From: a virus
Virus record (IMG/VR): IMGVR_UViG_3300034375_013346
Coordinates: 50,612-114,611 of that record
Reading direction: 5' to 3' (one strand)
DNA: 64,000 nt
The notes beneath the pieces are model-generated. The model was not told where the DNA came from. It made no database searches and saw only the letters and a list, made by a program, of their open reading frames with translations. The stretch's first letter is position 1. Every line of letters starts with the position of its first letter. Of the stretch, positions 27,064-35,283 are shown one piece after another. A program made the position numbers and the translations under genes.

Positions 27064-28257
27064 TTATTTAGGATTTCCAAACTTACCAACAGCTTCCCTG
27101 AATTCTTTACCAACAATTCCATCTATTGCCTGCCTCATTGCTATGGCTCCACTTTTAGTCCCACTAGGGTGACCGTGCATAGCCCCACCTACATTAGCTA
27201 GATAATCTACGCCAACCTGCTCGTTTATATTGTTAACTAGACCAGGATGAAATCCGCAGCTTAGAGCAGGAAGGGTTCCTTGTTTTCTTGACTCCTCCAT
27301 CGCTTTTAAAACTTCTTCCTCATCAGCAGGATAATATCCGCCAATCATACCAGAGTGTATAAAATCAACACCCATCATTCCTGCCAGTTTACACATGAAG
27401 GGCCAGGATATACTAAAATTGTGATCCGGGTTCGTTATAACCCGATCCCCGCTCTTTTGGAAGTGCATGAATATGGGAAGATCCAATTCCCTGATATTTT
27501 TATAAGACCCGAGACCACACCAAAAATTGACATGCACCCCATTGCCACCTAATTCATGAACCTGCTTTACCCTTTCCAGTATATAAGCTGGATCCGAATG
27601 TATGGAAACACAATAGACAACCCTTTTATCTTTCAGGTAATCCATTATAAGAGGAACCCTATCCTCTATCCTGCAAAAAGAGGGGCTTGATAGTATTTCA
27701 TCCTCTTTGATAAAATTCACACCACCTTCAACCATCTCTTTTACCATCTCAAGCATTATCCTAGGGGAAACTCCGGTCTTAGGTTTTAATATACCGCCGA
27801 GTAAAGGTTTATCATATACCCCAGTGTATTCGCGGATACCATTTATTCCGTACTTGGGCCCTAGAAAACATTCCGAAACACAATCAGGGAATTCAATATC
27901 CAATAATTTGCAAGATTTGATCTCTTCAATATCCATCTGTCCACCCATCACATTTACCAAGAGGTGAGATACACCATCTGTTCTAAAATCTATATTTACA
28001 ACAGGGAATGCAATTATAACCTCCCCAGAGGTGCTATCCAGCATGCTTTCCATATCTCCTACTATGATACAGGAGTGATCCCGAAACAGCTCCTCAGTTT
28101 CCCATACGCTCCTGGAAGACGGGTTACCTACACTCTGTCCTATCGCTATATTCCAAGCAGCAGATGCCAGATTTTTGGAACATTCAACATAGTATTTAGC
28201 AAAGAAATAATTCTCGCTATCTATTTGTTCCTTTAATTTAAATAAATCAGATTTCAT
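27064..28257 (-). CDS. RuBisCO-like protein (form IV RLP), divergent active site
   Basis: FLGPKYGI.GIR, GGILKPKTG, GVNFIKEDE, GVDFIHSG, LSCG, VGGAMHGHPSG...GA.AMRQA: all RuBisCO large-subunit motifs. Confidence 0.93.
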   Translation of the reverse strand: MKSDLFKLKEQIDSENYFFAKYYVECSKNLASAAWNIAIGQSVGNPSSRSVWETEELFRDHSCIIVGDMESMLDSTSGEVIIAFPVVNIDFRTDGVSHLLVNVMGGQMDIEEIKSCKLLDIEFPDCVSECFLGPKYGINGIREYTGVYDKPLLGGILKPKTGVSPRIMLEMVKEMVEGGVNFIKEDEILSSPSFCRIEDRVPLIMDYLKDKRVVYCVSIHSDPAYILERVKQVHELGGNGVHVNFWCGLGSYKNIRELDLPIFMHFQKSGDRVITNPDHNFSISWPFMCKLAGMMGVDFIHSGMIGGYYPADEEEVLKAMEESRKQGTLPALSCGFHPGLVNNINEQVGVDYLANVGGAMHGHPSGTKSGAIAMRQAIDGIVGKEFREAVGKFGNPK

Positions 28258-28567
28258 ATTTATCTCCCGGTTTAGAGGGTGTCTTAACTATAAAAACCTC
28301 GCAATCCTCGAGGAAAACTGGATTAGCTATCTCATATCTCCGTATGACAAAAACGTCACCAGATTCGAGGACTCTATCCTGTATAATCATTCTACCCTTA
28401 TGTAAGTAATTTATTTCGTCCGCTTCCTTATGGTAATGTGCTGTCCATTCCTCTCCCTTTTTATGTTCCTTAAAGCAGACCTCAAATTTATCGGTTTCAT
28501 AAGATGAAGGTAAGAAATCACCAACAAACCAACCTCCCTTATATTCTTCTATTCTAGATACTTCCAT
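28247..28567 (-). CDS. Cupin-domain protein (possible sugar isomerase/epimerase)
   Basis: GWFVGDF, HYHK...E.N....G.M, GD.F. Confidence 0.75.
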   Translation of the reverse strand: MEVSRIEEYKGGWFVGDFLPSSYETDKFEVCFKEHKKGEEWTAHYHKEADEINYLHKGRMIIQDRVLESGDVFVIRRYEIANPVFLEDCEVFIVKTPSKPGDKYEI

Positions 28568-29300
28568 ATCTTACTTTATTTTTGTATATCTCCAAATCCT
28601 CCGGCGTCCCTATCGGGAAATGAAGGTTAAAAAAATATGGCAATATTTTCTTACCCCTTTTTATAAGATAGTTGTATGTTGGGGCAACATAAAACTCATT
28701 GTTATATCGATCATTATTGTCGATCATCTCAAGGGCAGATTCAACAAAATCTGAACCCCTCTCCCAGTAATGTAGCCCGTTAGTGGCTATATTCGAAATA
28801 ACTATCTTTTCCTTGACATCACAAACTTCTCCATTAGGGTCAAGCTTGACATAGCTATTTTTTTTAGACGAGGAAAGGAAGCATCCTATAAATCCATCAC
28901 AATTGGTATTAGAAGCGAACTTGGCTAAAATACCCAGATTAAAATCCAGTATTACCTGGTCACAATTCGCTATAATAAGTGGATTTTTAGTGTTAATAAG
29001 GTCTTTCGCAAGGAGTGCGGTACAAGCTGGGCCCTCAGTTAATGCTGGAGTAGAAACGACATCAAAAGAGATTCCAGTATCACCTATATGTTCCCTGAAT
29101 TCATCGATAGAAATATGCTCCTCATTGATGACAAATATGAAGTGTGAAGACCCGTCTCTGAGGTTATCGATTACTGTCCTTATCATGGAATCATCTATAA
29201 CTTTGATGTAGGGTTTTATCTCACTGTATCCAGCATCAGAAAACCTTCTTCCCATTCCCCCCAGAGGTATCAATATGTTAATCTTCTTTGAGTCTCTCAT
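28554..29300 (-). CDS. Sugar-phosphate nucleotidyltransferase / GT2 BcbE-like protein
   Basis: ILIPLGGMGRRF...KP, TEGPACT, IANCDQ, V.EK..ISN.A..G, NEFYVAP.YN, IGTPEDL. Confidence 0.85.
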   Translation of the reverse strand: MRDSKKINILIPLGGMGRRFSDAGYSEIKPYIKVIDDSMIRTVIDNLRDGSSHFIFVINEEHISIDEFREHIGDTGISFDVVSTPALTEGPACTALLAKDLINTKNPLIIANCDQVILDFNLGILAKFASNTNCDGFIGCFLSSSKKNSYVKLDPNGEVCDVKEKIVISNIATNGLHYWERGSDFVESALEMIDNNDRYNNEFYVAPTYNYLIKRGKKILPYFFNLHFPIGTPEDLEIYKNKVRYGSI

Positions 29301-29946
29301 CTAAAAACAGACATATCCAGGTGGCATCAATAATATCATCCAATGGCTTATTCACGTTCCCACTGGGGGTTATCCATTCACCCTTATTATCATTTAGTAT
29401 ATTAGTGAAATAGCTCAGGTTGGTTTCAACGATTTCGGTATTAATCAGTGCCTCATACAATTGATCCTTTTTGGCATTCCCCTTAATCGCAAATTTTTTA
29501 ACAGAGGTTGGGGAGAAAACGAAAAAATTTGAGCTTCCTACGAAATCTACTATCTTTTTCCGGAGCAAGGCAGTTGCCATTGATATGTCTATAAGTGCAT
29601 TGCCATTAGAAGCAAAGCTTAAGCCCTCTATAGCTATAAACACATCATCTCCAGGCTCAATGTGGTTCTTAACAGAGTCCCAGAATTTTTCCACCAGATC
29701 CGAAAAATAATCAATTTTTATCCTCTCTCTTTCAGTGTATTCATCAGGCATTTTCTCCTTGCCCATGAACACAAGATCAAATTCATCAATATCCGAAAAG
29801 AAAGCAAATGGCTTATTTTTAGACTTTTTCAAGGATTCCTCAGATCTGTCACTCCTTGTAAGTGATCCCCATCTAAAATGATTATCTCTAAACGAACAAA
29901 ATGCTGGGGAATTCAATGAGAAATCTATTCCTATAAGGGTTCTCAA
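29278..29946 (-). CDS. RuvC-like Holliday junction resolvase (RNase H fold)
   Basis: IGIDFSLNSP, IAIEG, PTSVKKFA.KGNAKK, DDIIDA. Confidence 0.8.
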   Translation of the reverse strand: MRTLIGIDFSLNSPAFCSFRDNHFRWGSLTRSDRSEESLKKSKNKPFAFFSDIDEFDLVFMGKEKMPDEYTERERIKIDYFSDLVEKFWDSVKNHIEPGDDVFIAIEGLSFASNGNALIDISMATALLRKKIVDFVGSSNFFVFSPTSVKKFAIKGNAKKDQLYEALINTEIVETNLSYFTNILNDNKGEWITPSGNVNKPLDDIIDATWICLFLDERLKED

Positions 29947-29971
29947 AATAGTTTTATTTAAAAGTTCACTC

Positions 29972-29979
29972 TATATATC
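29972..29979 (-). promoter_or_regulatory. GATATATA putative late promoter heading the RuvC-RLP operon
   Basis: Octamer right after a terminator, about 25 nt upstream of the TTG start at 29946. Confidence 0.6.
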
Positions 29980-29984
29980 ACCAC

Positions 29985-30010
29985 AAAAAACCCCGGGATT
30001 CCGGGGTTTT
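29985..30010 (-). terminator. Rho-independent terminator
   Basis: AAAAAACCCCGG-gatt-CCGGGGTTTT. Confidence 0.8.
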
Positions 30011-30032
30011 AGATAATTAGGTTTTTTGGTGA

Positions 30033-30398
30033 TTAGACCTTTACTAATCTCTTAGTGACTAGTCCTGGGATCTCAATTTCTTTCTCCCCTTTACCAACAG
30101 CTTGTTCTATCTTGCCTACTATTTCCTTATCTATGGAGCTTTCAAGCTCTGTAGGCTCCGTGATTTTTACCTTCAGATTTTCCCCCGACGGGTTTAATTC
30201 AACAATCTGAACCCTGTTCCATTTTTTACCAAATGGATTTAGATAATTCCCGGGATTAAAATTAGCCTCCAGCTGATACTCCTCACCATTCAAAACGATG
30301 TTTCCCTTGCTGTTTTTCTTGACCTCCAGTTTCTCGTTGATCTGTATAGAGGAATTTCCTCGATCTTTAAAAGATTCGTAAGTTAAGAGGGATTCCAT
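30033..30398 (-). CDS. Hypothetical protein with capsid-targeting-like leader
   Basis: Starts MESLLTYESF...INE. Confidence 0.6.
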   Translation of the reverse strand: MESLLTYESFKDRGNSSIQINEKLEVKKNSKGNIVLNGEEYQLEANFNPGNYLNPFGKKWNRVQIVELNPSGENLKVKITEPTELESSIDKEIVGKIEQAVGKGEKEIEIPGLVTKRLVKV

Positions 30399-30400
30399 AA

Positions 30401-30649
30401 TTAATCTAGAGATGGTTTTACCACGTTGCCCTTCTTGCCCGTGTAGTTATAAACATTAACAAGCTTGTCGTAGCATTTTTTCATCTGGTCGTCACTTAAG
30501 CAATCCACCAGGTCGTTCAATACCCTTTGATCGTTACCTGAAGCAGCTACTAATAGATCCTTCATATGCTGTTTTAGGTCATCCTCCCCATACATGGGCT
30601 GACCATATTTCATTTCATTTAACTGAGTTAGTTCAGAGAATTTTTTCAT
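30401..30649 (-). CDS. Hypothetical protein with capsid-targeting-like leader
   Basis: Starts MKKFSELTQLNE; GATATATA at 30671-30678. Confidence 0.6.
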   Translation of the reverse strand: MKKFSELTQLNEMKYGQPMYGEDDLKQHMKDLLVAASGNDQRVLNDLVDCLSDDQMKKCYDKLVNVYNYTGKKGNVVKPSLD

Positions 30650-30670
30650 TTTCTTTGCTTTTTTCTGTTT

Positions 30671-30678
30671 TATATATC
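30671..30678 (-). promoter_or_regulatory. GATATATA putative late promoter
   Basis: Intergenic octamer upstream of 30649. Confidence 0.6.
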
Positions 30679-31239
30679 TTACTTCTCCCTACCAATTTCT
30701 AGAGATATGTCCAAATAATTACATTTAAACCCTACAGAGAATGTATAAACCGAGGGAGCATTCTGGGTATAATTGAGATTTAGATTATTCATCGAAGTCA
30801 ATGTCACCTCCTTAAAGGTAACAGTGGTAACTATATTCCCGTCATTGTCCAATATTCTTAGCGGGAGATTCTGAATGAAAACTTGTGGATTTTTAAAGTT
30901 TAACTTGTCCAGTACAGTTTCCAACATAATGAAGTAGTTTATGAAACCCTCGGATATACGGAAAGAAACATCAAATTCCCTGCTGAATAGATCCTGAACA
31001 GGTGTTGCACTCTGGTAGTTTATCCTTTTGCCAAGATTCCTCGTCTGCTCCACCAGGTCCATCTGTAATCCTGGAAATCCTACCGACTGTATAGAACTAT
31101 TCATGAACGAGGTTATTGTATCGTAGGGGGTAGGCTGCCTCTTGATATAATCAAGATACTTCTCTTGGACAACATCTGGGAAAAATCCTCTAGGAAAAAC
31201 AAAATAAAAGCTATTAGCCCTTGCGTTTAACATGCTCAT
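30679..31239 (-). CDS. Tail-tube-fold protein (T4 gp3/gp19/gp54-like)
   Basis: QSVGFPG, F.V.F, L.ILD..G, F......S...L.Y, TF.V.F...Y pattern; adjacent to the structural module. Confidence 0.55.
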   Translation of the reverse strand: MSMLNARANSFYFVFPRGFFPDVVQEKYLDYIKRQPTPYDTITSFMNSSIQSVGFPGLQMDLVEQTRNLGKRINYQSATPVQDLFSREFDVSFRISEGFINYFIMLETVLDKLNFKNPQVFIQNLPLRILDNDGNIVTTVTFKEVTLTSMNNLNLNYTQNAPSVYTFSVGFKCNYLDISLEIGREK

Positions 31240-31747
31240 AATTTATCTTTATATGGTTTATTTTATAGTTATTCTGCTCGGATTTAGCTATAGCTTTACT
31301 TGTATCAAAATTAGAGTACAGGTAAAGCCCAGGAATTAATTCCTTACAGTCTCCTTCTACTATATATTCAGTCCTGTTATCTCGATCAAAGAACTCGACT
31401 TTTCTATAATTCAATATCTTCGTATTTCTGGCAGCATATGATTTAGGGTCTTCCCTCCATATAATGTCAACCAAGATACCTCTATCCATTCCCATAGAAA
31501 CCCCGGAATCCAGAAGCTTCTTTAATTCGGTGTATCTGAACATATTACCTGAGAGCACGACATCTATGTCGGTGGTACTTATCTCGGTTCCTAGAAAGTA
31601 ATTAGAGCAAAATGCACCACAAAGGTACAAGTCGACAGTAGGTGTTCCGTTATGATCCAGCCAGGAGGAAATCCAGTCATCGAAAAGATCCCTAGTCGGT
31701 TTCTTAAAAATTCCATCGTATGTAAAATTTCCTCTACTGTATTCCAA
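31214..31747 (-). CDS. Minimal pol-beta-type nucleotidyltransferase
   Basis: LYLCGAF...TTDIDVVL...LVDI (G[AS], DxD, D). Confidence 0.65.
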   Translation of the reverse strand: MEYSRGNFTYDGIFKKPTRDLFDDWISSWLDHNGTPTVDLYLCGAFCSNYFLGTEISTTDIDVVLSGNMFRYTELKKLLDSGVSMGMDRGILVDIIWREDPKSYAARNTKILNYRKVEFFDRDNRTEYIVEGDCKELIPGLYLYSNFDTSKAIAKSEQNNYKINHIKINYEHVKRKG

Positions 31748-31759
31748 TATTAACTAGAA

Positions 31760-34216
31760 TTAGCTTCTTCCGCCCGGATCTGGATCGATAATCACATCCT
31801 TTGGGTTAGGCAGTGAAGACCCGTTATCACTCCCCGATTGATTCGCAGTACCCCCATTGGAACTAGCAGATCCACCAGTGGTTCTGCCTGCACCGGTGTT
31901 GCCATAAGCAAACACTAAGGACATATCTCCACTTCCGAATATACCCTGAACCGCCTGTATGAACAACTCTTTTGTAATTCCAACATAGAGCTTATACCCA
32001 GTAGAACTAGGATCCAGGAAGTAAGAAATTATCTCAGGCGTAGACCACCCAGTAGCTACCTTTCCTTGTACGTCGGAGGAGATGGCAGATTTCAGCTGGG
32101 CTTGACTTAGTTTTTGCTGACTACTGTTGCTTCCACCCTTGCTAACCTTTCCATTACCACTCGTTCCCAAGTTTCCGCTCTGAATACCCGAGACCTGCCA
32201 GGAACTTTTTCCAGGCTTGTTCGGTGGAGCTTTAAATACAGGAGAAGTCGGGAGAACCTTAACGTCAGCTTCTACTTTGGCCTGTACCGGAATTTGCTCA
32301 TCATCTTTTAACCAGTTTCCCCAGTATAGAGTAGAGAAAGAATTACCCCCTATTTTAGCTGTATTTACTGCTCTGCTAGTATTGGAGTCTTTCTTGGAAG
32401 CAAGTATAATATTTCTAGAAGAATCTCTTAGACTAACAGCTCTCTTTGCTAATAGGGACTTAGTTTTATTAACCTTTGAAATCCCCCGGGTATCAGTATT
32501 GTCCCCATCAGGATCTGGTGGTTTATTGGTGATATAGAACTTTCTGTTTGTAAACTGAAGTATCTGGTTAGATATGGACTCATCCACTTTAAAAGCTAAT
32601 TCACCCTTAGAAGGTTTTGCTATATTGGCATCAGCAATAGAAGGGGCATATACCTTCTTATCCATATTATTTATGAATACCATATTGTAGGTACCAGAGG
32701 AGCTAAGATCTATCTCCTGTGTTGTACCATCTGGTCCCTTTCTAAAGAATGAAAACTTATAATAGTTATCAAAAGGACTGACCCTAATATATGCCTTCCC
32801 TATCCCGTAAGAAATAGAAGGGGCACTCGAATTGCTTCTCTCCGTAATATTAGTTCCATTAACATCTAGATTAGTCAATGATGTATTCACCAAATTTCTA
32901 TCAACGAATACATTAGCAAACTTGGTAATTTCTCTAGGTGACATTTGATTAAAAGGAACGGATATATCTGTTTTTCCGGCTAGTTTATTGTATATCTTTT
33001 GCTGTTGCGGCAAAACTGAAAGTTGAAGCGGGGTAATTGTAGAACCATACTTACCCGGATCTGTCGATGTATATGTAGCTACCCTCATAATTCTGGTCTG
33101 ATCCTTGCTATTTATAAGGGTCATAGTATATCTCAATGAGAAGCTTGTAGCCACATTGGAATATCTAACTATTGGTCTAAAAAGATTCGGAACGTCATAT
33201 GCAGATGTCTGGATGCTTGTAAAGTTAGAGGTTTCCAGCCAAGCAGCACCAACCTGCTCAAGAACCTCTATCCTATTTTCTATGTAATAGCTATTGCCTA
33301 TTGAATTCTGAAACAGTATAAAATCCTCAATAAACCCGCCATCATCCGTACCAAAATATTCAAAGAAATCTCCGGTATCAGCTGGGGAGATATAGGCACC
33401 TATGTTATTGAACGGATCAGTGGGTTCCAGAGATAATGCTGCCAAAAGCTGAGTCCCGTATGTTTCATATCCGCTAACTACGGAGGTATCTGTGATCGAA
33501 TATGCATTTACCCTTAGAGGTTGGGCAGCTAAAAATCCTCTTCCGCTCTTAGAGGTTTTAGCAGCAAGCGTGAGAGGCTTGTTTGATGGACTAGCTGCGT
33601 TATACTTATTGATCATATCTGAGAGAGAAGGTATCTTCACCTCAAAATACTTATCATATATGTTAGCCCCTATGGTTAAAGGATTAGGGTTTAGTGTGTA
33701 TTGCTGTGAATTACCCTTCGAAAGCTTTATCTGGGAAAAAGTCACATAAGAACCATCAACATCCGGGTACTTGACATTAAGGATTAGTCCGTCCAGATTG
33801 TCCAGGTTATATCCGGCGAGTATATGATATCTCACGGAGTCATAAACAACATTAAGATTTGATGAGAACGATATAGGTAGGTTTGCCGTATCAGTCAGCT
33901 CAGATTTAAAATCATTGTAAGGTACTATCAGGTTCGGATTAAGGGTTACGAAGGTGGTAAGATTGGTCTGTACAACGCTATTATTAGAGGTATTCTGTGT
34001 TATTGATGCATTTTCATCCAGATTAAAAATCTGAACATCATTAGAAACCTGTCCATCGGAGTCCTTGAGAATCCCATTCACAAGTCTATTATAACCCACT
34101 GTAGGACTACCGACATTGACAAAGTAATCCTCAGGATTTGGAGGACTTGCATACATATACTCCATAACCAGATATGGAGAGAGTTGTACGTATTTAGATG
34201 TCGTTGTAAAAGCCAT
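31760..34216 (-). CDS. Virion structural protein (818 aa)
   Basis: Rich in S/T/N/G beta-type residues; lies in the tail gene run. Confidence 0.6.
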   Translation of the reverse strand: MAFTTTSKYVQLSPYLVMEYMYASPPNPEDYFVNVGSPTVGYNRLVNGILKDSDGQVSNDVQIFNLDENASITQNTSNNSVVQTNLTTFVTLNPNLIVPYNDFKSELTDTANLPISFSSNLNVVYDSVRYHILAGYNLDNLDGLILNVKYPDVDGSYVTFSQIKLSKGNSQQYTLNPNPLTIGANIYDKYFEVKIPSLSDMINKYNAASPSNKPLTLAAKTSKSGRGFLAAQPLRVNAYSITDTSVVSGYETYGTQLLAALSLEPTDPFNNIGAYISPADTGDFFEYFGTDDGGFIEDFILFQNSIGNSYYIENRIEVLEQVGAAWLETSNFTSIQTSAYDVPNLFRPIVRYSNVATSFSLRYTMTLINSKDQTRIMRVATYTSTDPGKYGSTITPLQLSVLPQQQKIYNKLAGKTDISVPFNQMSPREITKFANVFVDRNLVNTSLTNLDVNGTNITERSNSSAPSISYGIGKAYIRVSPFDNYYKFSFFRKGPDGTTQEIDLSSSGTYNMVFINNMDKKVYAPSIADANIAKPSKGELAFKVDESISNQILQFTNRKFYITNKPPDPDGDNTDTRGISKVNKTKSLLAKRAVSLRDSSRNIILASKKDSNTSRAVNTAKIGGNSFSTLYWGNWLKDDEQIPVQAKVEADVKVLPTSPVFKAPPNKPGKSSWQVSGIQSGNLGTSGNGKVSKGGSNSSQQKLSQAQLKSAISSDVQGKVATGWSTPEIISYFLDPSSTGYKLYVGITKELFIQAVQGIFGSGDMSLVFAYGNTGAGRTTGGSASSNGGTANQSGSDNGSSLPNPKDVIIDPDPGGRS

Positions 34217-34228
34217 TCTATCTATTTA

Positions 34229-35020
34229 TTATTTTCCAAATTGGAGCCATTTGGGAGAATAACTTAGTCCAATTCCTACGAAAGGTCCAACCGTATATCC
34301 ACCGTTATTTAAGCCAATCCCGTAACCCGCTGATATTCCAACACCAAAAGGTTTCCTTGCAGATTTTAAAGCCCTCCTGGTCTCAGGATCGTCTATCATG
34401 TTAAGAGCTTGTAATTCTCTGAACTTTATACCTGGAAAATCAGTAGAGGCCCTTATGTATAATAAGCCATCAGAGGGATTACTATATAAACCAGTAACAA
34501 GATCTATTCTCTGACTTATGTCAAGGGAGACCTTACCTGGAAAAATTGTGCTATCAGTATCAAATCTATATGGAATAGTCCCACCTATCAAGAGACGGTT
34601 TGTACCAGGTAAATCCGGATTATACTCAAATTCTATATAAGAAGAATCTCCTCTGTTGTGGTTTGTAGAAGCAACCAGTATTGTGGTATCTCTATAGACT
34701 ATCTCAGTTCTAATTATTACACCGGGTTTCTTTTTCCTTTCTAATTCCAATCTCCCCACCAAATTCTCTTGCTCAAGTGAAAGCTCTTTATACTTCAGCT
34801 GGAAGGCAGCTCTCTCAGCCACTACTGAGTTTAATCTGGATTCCAAGTGTTTAACAGAATCCTGCTCAGCAAGAAAGTTACCTAAATTGCGGTTAGCCTC
34901 TTTCTTTGCATTCTCTGCAATTCCACATTGTCTAAACAGTAGAAATATCAGCACAATTGATAGTGCAATCGGGAAAACCCTACCACTCAGAAAAGATATT
35001 ATGTCATTATAAAGTTTCAT
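34229..35020 (-). CDS. Membrane protein: N-terminal TM, coiled coil, C-terminal amphipathic beta hairpin (spanin-like candidate)
   Basis: VFPIALSIVLIFLLFRQC; coiled coil; KPFGVGISAGYG...GPFVGIGLSYSP. Confidence 0.55.
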   Translation of the reverse strand: MKLYNDIISFLSGRVFPIALSIVLIFLLFRQCGIAENAKKEANRNLGNFLAEQDSVKHLESRLNSVVAERAAFQLKYKELSLEQENLVGRLELERKKKPGVIIRTEIVYRDTTILVASTNHNRGDSSYIEFEYNPDLPGTNRLLIGGTIPYRFDTDSTIFPGKVSLDISQRIDLVTGLYSNPSDGLLYIRASTDFPGIKFRELQALNMIDDPETRRALKSARKPFGVGISAGYGIGLNNGGYTVGPFVGIGLSYSPKWLQFGK

Positions 35021-35252
35021 ACGTCATCTCAAATGGATTTAAATTCCCATCCCCATATTTTTTATTTAGTGACTCAATAAAATCTTTTTCAGACTCTCTC
35101 AGATCTTCCAATTCTCTAACTAGCGTTCCGGCTTTTAAGTTTAGTTCATCCATTCTTTCCCGGACTACATCTATCTCCGTTCTAACCCTCGAAAATTCAG
35201 ATTTAATCGACTGTGCCTTTTTAAGCTCCACTTTAGTTAATTTTTTTATCAT
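35007..35252 (-). CDS. Small coiled-coil hypothetical protein
   Basis: Probable start MIKKLT at 35252; ends L.KKYGDGNLNP. Confidence 0.6.
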   Translation of the reverse strand: MIKKLTKVELKKAQSIKSEFSRVRTEIDVVRERMDELNLKAGTLVRELEDLRESEKDFIESLNKKYGDGNLNPFEMTYETL

Positions 35253-35283
35253 ATTTATCCAAAATTTAAAAACATTCGACAAT

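Noticed and set aside
27064-28257. A true CO2-fixing RuBisCO auxiliary metabolic gene
   Set aside because: E60, N123, H294 and K334 equivalents appear to be missing, and there is no small subunit or phosphoribulokinase in the window.
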